NCBI RefSeq assembly: GCF_031769215.1
Contig: NW_026782138.1
Coordinates: 248,001-312,000, forward strand
Direction of reading: 5' to 3'
Length of the DNA: 64,000 nt
Source: Ylistrum balloti
Lineage: Eukaryota
Part shown: positions 1 to 11,514 of the stretch, in pieces
Position numbering within the stretch: the first letter of the stretch is position 1
How the letters are laid out: each line of letters starts with the position of its first letter
Made by a program: the position numbers and the translations under genes
Notes under the pieces: model-generated
Database searches by the model: none
Seen by the model: the letters and a program-made list of their open reading frames with translations, nothing else
What the model was told of the DNA's origin: nothing

Positions 1-460
1 ACTTCAATGTCACAGGTATTGACAACTTCAATGTCACAGGTATTGACAACTACAAATGTCACAGGTATTGACAACTACAATGTCACAGGTAATGACAAAT
101 ACATTGTCAGAGGTATTGACAAATACGTTGTCAAAGGTATTGACAACTACAATGTCACAGGTATTGACAACTTCAATGTCACAGGTATTGACAACTACAA
201 TGTCACAGGTATTGACAACTACAATGTCACAGGTATTGACAACTACAATGTCACAGGTAATGACAAATACATTATCAGAGGTATTGACAACTACAATTTC
301 TCAGGTAATGACAACTACAATGTCACAGGTATGGACAACTACAATGTCACAGGTATGGACAACTACAATGTCACAGGTATTGACAACTACAATGTCACAG
401 GTATGGACAACAACAATGTCACAGGTATGGACAACAACAATGTCACAGGTATGGACAACT
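1..460. repeat. 24-bp minisatellite, about 19 copies, truncated by the window start; consensus caatgtcacaggtattgacaacta
   Basis: Directly visible tandem array. The 151-aa (NVTGIDNY)n and 137-aa (TTTMSQVL)n ORFs are two frames of this repeat. Confidence 0.97.
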
Positions 461-770
461 AAATTGTAACAAGTATTATTATGATATAGTGAGTATGTAC
501 GGAACTAATTCATTTTTATTTTTTTTTATTTTTTTATTTTTATTTTTGTGTTCATGAGTTTGTTCACGTGTTGGTATTTTCTTCTTGGTATCATGTTATA
601 TTTCAATTGTTATATTTCAGATGGTTGATACTGCCGGTGGACTTTTAAGTCTCCGAGGTTTGCCGTATTCTGCATGCAACATTTTAATTCATTTGGATAT
701 GTTTTATATGTTTATTTCGACCAATGAGGATTTCCCTCAGTTGCCTCCTACATTTCAAACTTCATTCTCT

Positions 771-818
771 CAGCATCACTGACGAGTCCTAGAAGAATGA
801 AACAACTGTCTGGTGCTG
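771..818 (+). ncRNA. Minimal type I hammerhead ribozyme, slightly degenerate, of the Penelope-like pLTR/retrozyme type
   Basis: Stem I cagcatca (771-778) pairs with tggtgctg (811-818). Core CUGACGA is at 779-785. Stem II is GUCC-uagaa-GAAU (3 of 4 pairs). GAAA is at 799-802, followed by minimal stem III C-aacu-G and a GUC cleavage triplet at 808-810. The upstream flank 727-770 is homologous to the flank of the copy at 56292-56385. Confidence 0.8.
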
Positions 819-1332
819 CTGTTAATTATTTTAATTTTGGATGGTGCTTTTAACTTGTGTGTCTTTTATACAACCTTCTATGAGAAACATCTTGACAATA
901 GTATTTCAATGGTAACACATCCGTCAATAGCTTCGTCTTTCAAGATGAAATTACACCGTGGATTAAGCACAGGATGTGAATTTTTCAAATATTGTAAAAG
1001 TTTAAAGAAATGTAACAGAGAAAGCAACAAGATCAATAGGAAACCAAAATAACTCGAAGGTACAGTGACAGTTTAGTGAGTAGGAAGTGTTTATCAATCA
1101 ACTTCAGTTCATAACAGTCTCAGCACAAACACTGTCCTCCTTTAGCTTTCCACTAAATGTTTGTGCCAAGGTGTTCAAGAGAATCATTATCATAAACTTT
1201 GTAAAATAATTGTCGTATGTAATCTCTTACCGTATACGTTTACTTTAGCACAACCAGAGATTTCCAGTAATATGATACGCTGATACTTCATATTAAAATC
1301 TTTAAAACTGTCCAGTTATTTAAATTTTATCC

Positions 1333-1500
1333 GTTATCATAATCCAAACTCAAATTCAATAAATTGTGGACAATTAAAAAAAAATTACACGGAATACTCC
1401 TGAAGAGGAATAAAACTAGGTATTCTGGACGGGAAGGTGTTTTATGCCTCATTGACGACACCCGACATGTAAATCTTAGTCAATCCAGAAAAAGTTTCAC
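1333..1500 (-). mobile_element. 3' end fragment of a Penelope-like (Naiad-type) element
   Basis: The reverse complement matches the dispersed repeat core catg.cgggtgtcgtcgatgaagcagaagacgcttactcttccggaacacctgg plus the T-rich tail seen in the other copies. Confidence 0.75.
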
Positions 1501-1619
1501 TAAACACATATCTAATTCAACATTACCCAGATAATATTAGTTTCTCAATTCAACAGATGACATTGAAGTTATTGGTTTCCTATTATGACCGCTGTATTCA
1601 AACTCCATTTTTTTAAACC

Positions 1620-1910
1620 ATGAATTTGTTTGATGCTAATTAGTTTGGCTGTCGGTTCCGTTGTTTTATGCCTTGTTCTCACTTAAGAACTTGACATCTC
1701 CTACTTGGATTGACCAAGGTTAGCATGGCGGGTGTCATCGATGAACCAGAAGACGCTTACTCTTCCGGAACACCTGGTCTTACTCTCCTTGCACTTTTTC
1801 AGGAGCCTCCGTGTAAATCTTTCTTTTTATCATATTTTGCCCCAGTTTTATGGAATTTGAGTTTTGATTATGATTATGTTGCCATGTTGGTAATTTCTTT
1901 ATTTTGTTTA
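1620..1910 (+). mobile_element. 3' UTR fragment of a Penelope-like (Naiad-type) element
   Basis: catggcgggtgtcatcgatgaaccagaagacgcttactcttccggaacacctggtcttactctccttgcac. It is homologous to copies at 40.6, 45.6, 61.7 and 63.2 kb and to the sequence following the RT stop in the 13.7-14.6 kb copy. Confidence 0.85.
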
Positions 1911-3072
1911 TCAACGAAAAAATGTAATAATTGATAACAACATTCGCGGCGACCAAGTAAAACTTTGTAGTGACCAATTAGCAATAAGAATATATTATTA
2001 CCAGTCCAATAATAGTCGCATTTTATAGAAGGATGGGTATGCATCGCATTTAAAAGATGTTATTTTAAGGCTAAAAAGGATTAAGTCCGATATCGGAGGA
2101 AACAACTATCTATATACGTGATTAATCAATTTCAAATATGGTAAATGTGTCTTTATTTGTCTCTCTATTCTAATAAAACTGAATACCAGCCTGCAGACAA
2201 TGAACATCTGGCTCAGCCTAGACAACCTGTTTGTCTCTAGATTGGCGGGTTATTGAATTGAAATCCTCACAGTTAGGTGTTGTGACTGCCACCCAGTGTG
2301 TGTCAAATCTTGGAACTCCCAGTGGCTATATTATAGAATTTCTGCCTATAGCTAAAATTACTTCACATAGCTCCCCTGTTTATGGTTTGCTAGAAAATGT
2401 GTAGCTGAAAATTGAATTATAGGTATGAAATGTGCTGACGAAAATTGAATTATCGATATTAAGTATCTTTTAATCAATTCCTAGTATTCTCAAAGGACGA
2501 GCTAGAAATATAAGATGTATTGTCATTGCCTTAGAGCGATTTAGCACACCGGGGGTCATTTGCTTTCATTAGGAATACGTCCCACTGTTAACAGTCCATC
2601 AGTGTGTTGTAACTGAACACGCTGGAGAAGAGGAACGAAACATATCACGGCAAGTGACATTCGGAACAGTTAGAAAGCAGGTGTTGACATAAATGTGGTT
2701 GACAACACTGTAAATGTTATCGTTAAAGGCATCATAATCATAGCAAGCATTCCGTTTTTATGGGACTATAACATCCAGTCAGTGCTTTTATTATTATGCT
2801 CAGAGGTGGAGTGTCAATATTGCTAAAACATTTATAACGAATTCACTTGATATTTTCAGGGACGAAATGTTTCTGGTACATGTATCATATGTGAAATTCT
2901 GGATAGCAACAAAATAGGTTTATATTAATAAATGAGGTCATTTACAGAGGTGACTAAGAAATATTAATCATTTAATGCATCCGTCCTAAATAAATATAGA
3001 TACGGAAACCTTGTTCCAATCTGTTTTAGTTTTAGTCAATACAAACGTATCAACGTGAGTCCGAGTTGTTAC

Positions 3073-3196
3073 CTGTTAAGTCCTCATTAGGCCACCATCC
3101 AATGCTGCATTGCTTGCATGTCTCCTCGTCCATCATAAACTCATTTTCCTCGCACGGGATGCACGTCCAACAACAGCGGGTATTTCCCTCTATGTT
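3073..3196 (-). CDS. Grm1/5: Group I mGluR exon (124 nt), cysteine-rich domain: NIEGNTRCCWTCIPCEENEFMMDEETCKQCSIGWWPNEDLT(G)
   Basis: Not in the ORF track; read manually. Acceptor ttccttcAG at 3198-3197 and donor G|GTaac at 3072-3071. The class C GPCR motif CCWxCxxC...C..C..G.WP is intact and in frame with the previous exon (phase 0). Confidence 0.96.
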
Positions 3197-3533
3197 CTGA
3201 AGGAAAGCGGGTAATGATGCTGTTGTTATTTAGTATAATAAGGATATTGCTTTGCATATAAAAAGATAATTTTCATTTAACTTCGCCGTTTCCTATCGTT
3301 GCTACATACACAGTTTTCCCTTTGTATGCTTGTGGTATTTTTCACATCATTCAGAAAAAAAATTAAATTACAGTTTGCAAGCATCATTCATAATCAGCTT
3401 TTGGGTTGCACAATATGCCTAATTCTAAATACCGTGTTTATATTACCTATGCTAAATGCTTCTTCTCCGTATTCGCTCTACTGTTGTACCAGTAAACTAA
3501 TAACAATTATTCTTTATTTTGTAAAAAGCATAC

Positions 3534-3723
3534 CTTTACATAACCCATCGGACATGGTTGACTGCACACTGATATCGTATGAGCTTCGCCGCTCTGTCGA
3601 TTCAGCCAGTAGATTTTTGAGTCGTTCATGTCCAGATGTCCAGTATTCCATTCACCAACTTTGACATAACCGTATGTCACGTTTGCACCTTCTCCAAACT
3701 TCTGGAAATTCATTATGTCGTAT
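3534..3723 (-). CDS. Grm1/5: Group I mGluR exon (190 nt): (R)YDIMNFQKFGEGANVTYGYVKVGEWNTGHLDMNDSKIYWLNRQSGEAHTISVCSQPCPMGYVK
   Basis: Acceptor ttctttgtAG at 3725-3724 and donor AAG|GTatgc at 3533-3532. It contains the RYDIMNF and SVCSxPC motifs of mGluRs. Confidence 0.96.
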
Positions 3724-4262
3724 CTACAAAGAAAAAGGGAAATATGAATGAAAAGATGCAATTCAAAGCAAATGAATTGATGGAATGAGGTACAATACAG
3801 ATGTATCGATGGACGCACAAATCAAAACCATTGAAAACCTGCAGGGAGAATAAGATCCGATGACCTAGAAAAGTAAACATTTTCTGATTTATCGACAAAA
3901 CCAATTATGGGAGTTTTGATGAAATACTAGTAATGTCACGTTGATAAAATGAAAAACGAGGTAATAACGGCGAACTCGCTTATCAATACGCTTCAAGACC
4001 CCGATATATGTATCATGACAGGAAATAAAATAATTTTCTAGCTAGATCATAATATCACCTAATGAATTTACCATAATTTTCATAATCTTGCAAATCGCAA
4101 AAGTTTTAATTTTTAGTTTTATAGCTGTAAAAATACAATCGTTATAACCAAGACCACAAAAGCTTACATAACGGTAATGATAACGTTATTTGACAGATAA
4201 TGATTAAAATGGATTTCTACTGACACACCAGAAATCTGTATTCTGATTAAGTAAGGACCTAC

Positions 4263-4506
4263 CTTGCCGGCGGGTCTCCATTTTTGTCGAAATGGAGGTC
4301 GTCATTACTGTATGTTATCAAGGATACATTGAGCAGGTATTCCTTATACAGTCGACCCTCCAAAGGAATCATTTCCGGACAAAGGCCGGGATAATCTCCA
4401 CATATGTCCTGATGCATGTTGTGAAGGGCTGTAGCCATCGTATACATGGCATTCACCACAAAGCCAAGCTTTGAATCCTGTACAAAGTCCCGATGTATCT
4501 CTTTCC
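4263..4506 (-). CDS. Grm1/5: Group I mGluR exon (244 nt): (G)KEIHRDFVQDSKLGFVVNAMYTMATALHNMHQDICGDYPGLCPEMIPLEGRLYKEYLLNVSLITYSNDDLHFDKNGDPPA(R)
   Basis: Acceptor ctgtgcAG at 4508-4507 and donor AAG|GTagg at 4262-4261. QDSK(L/M)GFV.NA.Y.MA..LHNM...C is typical of mGluR1/5 and includes the glutamate-binding Lys. FDxNGDPP is also present. Confidence 0.97.
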
Positions 4507-4640
4507 CTGCACAGTAGAAAATGGACAGCTGAAGTCTCACATGCTTTATATACACCTGTGCTAAAGTGTCTGATTTTAATTTGTGTCAACAGTTGTTATA
4601 CATCTGATGATAGAATATTTCATTTTCGGGGGCCGATAAA

Positions 4641-4975
4641 GTATTTCTTCACCATGTGTTTTATTGTCAGTGACTTTCAAAGACTTGTTCACCATGTGTT
4701 TTATTGTCGGCGACTTTAAGTAATTTGTTCACCATGATTTATAGTTGGTGAAGATTTCGTACCAGTTCAGCAACATATGATTTTTTTGGTGAGGAGAAGG
4801 ACCTTGTTTACCATGCCACTTATCGTACGTGACAATAAGGGACATGATCACCAAGTGTTTTATTGTTGGTGACAATAAGGGACTAGATCACGAAGTGTTT
4901 TGTAGTTGGTCGCAATTTTTTCGCCATGAATTATTGATGTTAATAATATGGGATTTGTTCGCTATCGGTTTTGTA
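4641..4975. repeat. Degenerate 40-bp tandem repeat, about 9 units (ttgttcaccatgtgttttattgtcggcgactttaagtaat-like)
   Basis: The ttcaccatg-like anchor recurs at 4648, 4688, 4728, 4766, 4807, 4847, 4887, 4920 and 4958. Confidence 0.8.
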
Positions 4976-5696
4976 AATGATTTCCCTTAAATAGCTTTGT
5001 TTGAAAAAAATGGTGAAACGAATCTTGGAGGTATTTTGCAAGCTTTGACGAGCACATAATGAAAAAAAATTAAGAAACACGTAAAACTTTGAGATGAGTT
5101 TTATAAAAGTTAACGAAAACTGAAAAAATAAGATGTCTTATATCACATAATCCAGAAAAGTTACATTGTGATTTTAAAAGGAACAATATAGAGAACAAAA
5201 TCAAACGGAGGCAGTCATCGACGAATGAAAGGTCCATGCTATATTTCTTGTTTTGTTGGTGACAATAGCTCAGTGGAACATATGAAAACGGATGTCATCT
5301 CATATTGTCCATGAAAAGTTTCCATCATGAAGTCTCTATTGTTTATATCATTCTGTATGTAATGACGATATTGTTTATAGGAAGTTGATGCCTGTCTGAT
5401 AGAGTGTAGACAAGTCCAATTTTATGATATGCTCGTAAATATAATGTCTATATGTTTACAGTATCACTTTGATCCTAGCACGTACTGTATTCCTTATAAC
5501 TCTTCTTGTGTTTGATTCACACAAATAGCAATCATTTTATCACAGGATTAATATTTTCTTTATGATAGCAAATTATTACATTTTGAGCCACGATCTTAAT
5601 TCTCCGTTTGTATGTTGTGATATTTGAACATGTTACACAAACTGCATATAGCTTACCAATATGATTCGGCGTTATGAGACAAGAGAAAAAGCCTAC

Positions 5697-5935
5697 CTGT
5701 ACAAGTTTTATTGATGAACTCCGAGTTAGCATCTTCATCTCCTGGAATAGTACAACCGAACTTCTCCTGCCAGAATTCTTTGAACCATGGATTTCTCTCA
5801 TTTAAGTACGGATTCAAAGCTTTGAATTTCTTATCGAACGTTGGGATGATTGGTGAATATAGCTTGATGGACATGCCTCCTGCCGCAGCTTCTTCTATGG
5901 ATTCCACCACATCAGGTCTGTCCGCCCATCCGTCA
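5697..5935 (-). CDS. Grm1/5: Group I mGluR exon (239 nt): (S)DGWADRPDVVESIEEAAAGGMSIKLYSPIIPTFDKKFKALNPYLNERNPWFKEFWQEKFGCTIPGDEDANSEFINKTCT(G)
   Basis: Acceptor gtcggtAG at 5937-5936 and donor CAG|GTagg at 5696-5695. It contains SDGWADR (group I signature with ligand-contact Asp and Arg) and RNPWF.EFW..F.C. Confidence 0.97.
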
Positions 5936-6677
5936 CTACCGACAGACGCAAAGGTTAATGTAGTCTAATAACGGGGTAATGGAATAACATTGGAATATTT
6001 CATTGACTTAAAGTGCAGATGAAATGAAAGATCTGCACATAATTCCAGGGATCATAGAAAATACATTGGTGCTATTTTTAGTCCTATAAAACAGCAAATT
6101 GAATGATATATTATTTTTTCAGAATGCGAATTACGATGATATAATTGAAATGATAAAAGTACATTTCTCTGGTCATTCTATCGAGTATCTATACATTTAT
6201 TAATCAGGTTTCAAAATCTAAAGTGCTTTCAAGTAAGTACATCTATACCTACAGTAAACTGTGGCTTTTATCAACACGAATGTTCACATTTTAAAATTAA
6301 TGATTTGATATTTCTATAACATTTTCGCTGTCTGTAGTGATATTAGATCACCTGATGCCAAACCGATGCCAAGATGTATGATGGTGTGCTCAGACAACTG
6401 TGCTCTCTCTTAAAACGTGCAGTAGAAACGTTTTTTTAAGATGAGGTCGATTGATAACGTATCTTGACCACAGCCATTCGTATTCATAATTACATAGAAC
6501 GTTTATATCAGATACAATATAGAAACTTGTTATATATCATAACCGTGCTCTTATTCTCGAGGCAGACGCCTATATACTGACATTGATATTAAAGTTCGTT
6601 TCGAATGTGGTGATTTTAGAACGATCGACAAATGTAAAAAATAAGTCTATAAAGAAAGTTGATGTATGGTTTTTTAC

Positions 6678-6927
6678 CTTCCTAGGATTAGGAAATGTCC
6701 TTGAGCGTTCTTCACTCTCCTGGTAGCATTATACAATGAAGTAACAGTGGCTCCCTCACAGAAGCAGACAATAACTCTGGCATTCGGGTAAGAAATCATT
6801 CGTCGAATGATTCCGTCAAACAAATGCGGATCTTGTCGAGAGGGAGCGCTTTCAGAATTGGCAATACATACGCTGCTATTTCTGGCAAGGTTCTTAAATT
6901 CCATAATTCCACGTGCCCCATAGTTAC
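6678..6927 (-). CDS. Grm1/5: Group I mGluR exon (250 nt): (G)NYGARGIMEFKNLARNSSVCIANSESAPSRQDPHLFDGIIRRMISYPNARVIVCFCEGATVTSLYNATRRVKNAQGHFLILG(S)
   Basis: Acceptor tgtttacAG at 6929-6928 and donor AAG|GTaaa at 6677-6676. It contains GNYG, CIA and ARV..CFCEG (the mGluR1/5 motif). All five exons splice into one 1047-nt open frame. Confidence 0.97.
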
Positions 6928-9900
6928 CTGTAAACATACAAATATCAAATTATGTAATTTTTAGTTAACATTCGTACAGGTAAGGATCAATATTTATCGT
7001 ATGGTGTAGTGAAATGTAAGACATAATATAGTCGGTACAATGTAAGTTATCGTCCTATTTTTAGTATCGTTCTTTGTAATCATTTTACGGTAAATGGTTT
7101 TAGGTCATCCTTTAGCGTGAACTGAACCATATTACATCTCCAAAATTGGTGTTATTGTCAAAAGACAATTGATACTTAAATTTGCTTTCAACGGTCATTA
7201 GTACTGATTAAAAGGCAACCTGAAACAACTACCAGTAATTACGAGTACATAAAGAAATTAGAATTTCACAAACACCGCGAACTGCGATGTAAACGTATTA
7301 CACAGACATTTAACGCGATAGTTTATCCATTCCCACACATAATTAAATTAATTATAAAAAAGACTACTGATTTTAAACATATTGGTACTGAACTCAGCTG
7401 TCATGCAGACAGGGCGTAAATAAAACATCTGCTGCATTATAATTGGATGCTCATAATAGGCGATTTAGATCTTTGTGTCATCTTTCTATCCTAGCTTTGT
7501 TTTTCTTTACTAACGCCTCACTTGGAAAAAAATCACTTTTTGTTTGTACTTGGGGCACCTGCCAAGTAAGGAAAGCCATGGGTTCTGTCACTTTAACCAA
7601 ACCATCTATAGTATGTGAACTTTGTACTATTCTCTGAGCTTGAAATGAAAACGCAATAAGGTAAGCGTATTGTAACTATAATGTGACCAGGTGGATTGCA
7701 TTCTATTATGTCCTTAAAAACAACAAATAAAAATTCTTCATTTATACTCGTATATGCACAAAAGAATCATTTCAGCGATCACATCATCCATTGACTGGTT
7801 CGCCATACACGTTCAGACTAGATTAAATCTCACACAATTTTTTATATTCACTTTTCACATCTATCGTTTATTTTGTAATAAATAACTACGGATTGCAATA
7901 AACAGCATATCCCATATTTGTTGCCACTGCCATGTTATGGAAGGAGGGGGTTTGCAAATTGACCATGTCCGGTCGTCTTGTCCTCTACGCCCTGTTCCGA
8001 ATTCAATATCATTCCTCCAGAACCTCTCTTCTTATTTGGTTGACATGTATTCTATCGTGTCGTAACATCAAGTTCTACACGTGATCAAACCCTCGTTTGC
8101 ATAGGGCATCCGTGTCTTATAGATATTTTCTAGTTCTGTTCGTTCTTCGCGGCTTTCTACATTGCTGCTATAAAATAAAGTATTTCTCTATAATGTTGGA
8201 CTAGACCTCTCAAAATAACTGTAACGTGCATTATTACGCGATAATTCATCACTACAGTGTCTGTGGATGGTAAATGTCTCGAATTGTATTGTTCATAACC
8301 TTTCAACAGGTTCTCATAAATAAAACGTAAATCCCTAGCGGTTATAAAAAGACATTTACTGGTCAAACCTAACTTTGTATTGACACTTATGCTTTTAATC
8401 TGTAATGATTGTGTTCACCTTGTCTGCCGTAACGTGGCTGTCTGTCGTGTCAAAGGAACATGCCACGACCATTTCTCCGGCATGTCTGTTTTATCAGGCT
8501 AGAGATGAATATATATGTATGGCGTTCTTTGTCTACACATTTTTATAATCAATTCTTTATCACGAAAACACTTAACCAGACAGACAGTTTTGTTAAGATG
8601 TACATTACCTAACTGTCTTTTACGGCTCTTCTATAAGTAATTCTAGCAATAACTCAATTTAGACCGAATTTGGCGTATTTTTAATCAAGTTGAATACATA
8701 ATCAAAAACATATGAAAGAAACGCTGAAATTTCAAAGAATGCTTCAAAAACAGATTTTAAAGATTTTTTCCTATTAAAAGTGACATTATAAAACCCAAAT
8801 ATCTAGTTATACGACGTATGCTGTTTGTTTTTTTGTGATGTTAAGCTAACAAATCTCTGAAAGCTTGGTCCTGAGAGACACACGGACATCTTTTGGTGTA
8901 TATGCTTATTAGTAAATATATATGGCAACGTATGGTATAACGTATATATTGGATTACGGATTACCCGCACTGCATTCTTATATAGAACTGCAGTGCATTT
9001 GGTAGAATGAAAGCCATATACATCAACTTTCCTTATGGGTAATACATGTATTTCAGTCCAAGAATCAATAAGAAATGGATACATACGGTATTCAATGCGC
9101 CAAAGTGTGGTCAATAGTTAGGCACGTAAGACAATAAATGAAAGTAATAAAATGGCATGTAACTTTTACTGAAGTACCATTACAGTTTTAATTCAAATTA
9201 AGGCATATTAAGTGACCAATCTGTACAACTATTTCCTTTGTCAGTGTTTGATTAATGTCAAGTTTTTAAGGATTCTAAAATAAAAATTATCAATGAACAA
9301 TGATTAATTGTCTCACAGTCAATTAAAAAGCAGGAGAATAGGAAATTGTTTATCAATTTAAGTATACGCTCTGTCATCAGCATATTGTTCATAAACTGGT
9401 CATTCCGGTAAATTGTTTGTTGAAGATCTTCCTAATCAGCTCCTATATTAGGACTTTAATTATTATCTCAAGTAATTGCCAAACGAAATATATATTAGGT
9501 TATGCTAAGAATCGTTTAGAGTGGCCATGCAGGTACCCTAATGTTATTTTATATGCAATGTGTGATCATTGCTCAATGCTGTTGGTCGATGTTATTACTT
9601 TTTATTATTCTTTTACATAAGATTAAGCGTTGTACCAAAATAATGATTTAAAGCTGTAGATTAAGAAGATTAACAAAGCATATTTTACATGCTGTGCCAT
9701 TCTTTTAATTAACTAAAATTTTCCAAATTAACACATTGACATACAGCAAAATTGCATTCATAGTCTTATAACACAATACAATCAGCAATATATTGCCTTC
9801 AACTTTCTTTCTTTTTTTTTTTTTTAACATCAGACTGATGTCAGAGGCAAGCCTATTGATAACATGGCACTGCACATGATATTATGTGGACAATGAAATT

Positions 9901-10352
9901 TTGATATTGTAAATACTGTAACATACACTTTGTTATTCTTCAAACTGTTTGTCGTGTGTAACTGTTTATGATATCAACGGTCTTATAATTAAAATTTAAT
10001 GCCAATTGAATGTGATATGGACGTCCAAGTATGCGGTATCTCTATAGTGAAAAAATACACTTTGGTGAACTTACACAATCTAGTTATATCTAAATCCAAT
10101 GTTTTCAAATCTGACTTTTAAAAAAACTCACAAATTCGAAAACATTGTACACAGTTCCCTTCCTTTTATTGTTTAATGTATCTGATGCAGATAAAACTCA
10201 AGTAAGAGAAATCAAAACAACAGAATGTTCTGGGCTCTTGGTAAAGTATTGCTTTGACACACCCACATACGGGCTTCGACGCCAATAGATTCAGTGGAGT
10301 TGACGACTCCCGGTGGAATCTGTAAGATTTACAACAGTGAAACCTATAATTA

Positions 10353-10385
10353 ACCCTGGTTTATCCCAGGGTGATATACTCTAGT
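10353..10385 (+). mobile_element. Helitron-like 3' terminus (GC-rich hairpin followed by CTAG|T)
   Basis: accctgg-tttatc-ccagggt (10353-10372) is followed by an 8-nt spacer, CTAG (10381-10384) and T. The 5' end was not located. Confidence 0.55.
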
Positions 10386-10639
10386 GAATTAGATCCGGTT
10401 TTGTACAGTAATGTTTGAGGCATACTTGACTCTACAATGTCCATAGACTTCTTATATAGACATTCTAAGTCTCTTGCCGTGTGTAAAACTGTCATTCATA
10501 CACACTTATTTCCAAACTAAATAGAGCATTTCATTTGCTCTCGAAATAGACGCAAACAAAAAGTAACATATATATCTTCTTAAAGCTTTTCTTTCTCCTA
10601 AGATTCAACATCTTTCGCATTTTGTGTATTCATTTCAGA

Positions 10640-11514
10640 AGGTTTCCCTGCACTTTATGGTATTCTTTATACCTTTTGTCCGAATTATATAATACGTATG
10701 ACGCAAATTTCAAAAATATTTAACATTTTTTCTGATAATAATATTTTGAATGTTTAGAAGAAATAAAGTATCCTAAAAACGAAATGCAATGTATCTACAC
10801 TTCTTTTACAGCTGCAGGAGTCAGAATATTTGTGATAGGACATATTCATTTCTTATTTTTACGTTGAAAACAATCCTTCTGTGTGATTTTTCAGGCTTGT
10901 TTTTTCTAGCAAATCTCTTTCATTTTATTCCAAATGCGTTAAACTGTGTTAGTTAGAAAAAGGGTAATCTGAAATGTCAATGTTTACGCTCTCAGAACTC
11001 CATGGCAACGAAAAAATGTAAATTATATTAATTTACTTTAAACCCCATACATGACAGTGTTCTGACATTATAGCTTTTTTAACGGACTTTGTGCTTGGAT
11101 AGAAAATGATAAACTAACTAAAGAAACGGATCTTTCTCTTTTTCTTTATTTGAATTTTCTGACGATTTAAAAAGCATGTTCGCTGCGCTTAATCGCAAAT
11201 CGTATCTATAATCTGTGATCTGTAATACGTCCTGCGTCATACACAAGTACTTGATAGCGTTATAAAAATGATAGTTGTTTTTACAATGGAAAACCGAACC
11301 ATGACGTCAGCTACACTGTCACAAAATGATGTGTACATCTAAAACAATCTGCAAAATGTCATTAAGTGTTCCTCTTTTGCTCTTTTGTAGATAAAACTAC
11401 ACATTAAAATGATATATATAAAAGAGCATGAATTTAAAACATTACGTTGGAATTATTTTATGTTAAACTATGTCCTACTTTCGGTCAAAACGTGATATCC
11501 TTAATACTAAAGAA
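10640..11514. mobile_element. Probable non-autonomous DNA transposon (MITE/Kolobok-like) remnant
   Basis: Non-coding and ends in ...ctttcggtcaaaacgtgatatcc|ttaa. The subterminal ctttcggtcaaa recurs reverse-complemented at about 35387-35398. No matching left TIR was found, so the boundaries and family are inferred. Confidence 0.3.

Noticed and set aside
7-469. 151-aa and 137-aa ORFs as real proteins
   Set aside because: They are two overlapping frames of a 24-bp tandem repeat with a 25-bp frame-shifting unit, no unique domain and no splice evidence.
2700-2780. GCYSPI... on the minus strand as the start of the mGluR 7TM exon
   Set aside because: There is no AG acceptor, a stop occurs after 12 codons, and no TM1/TPVVK motif follows. 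The real exon must lie left of the window.
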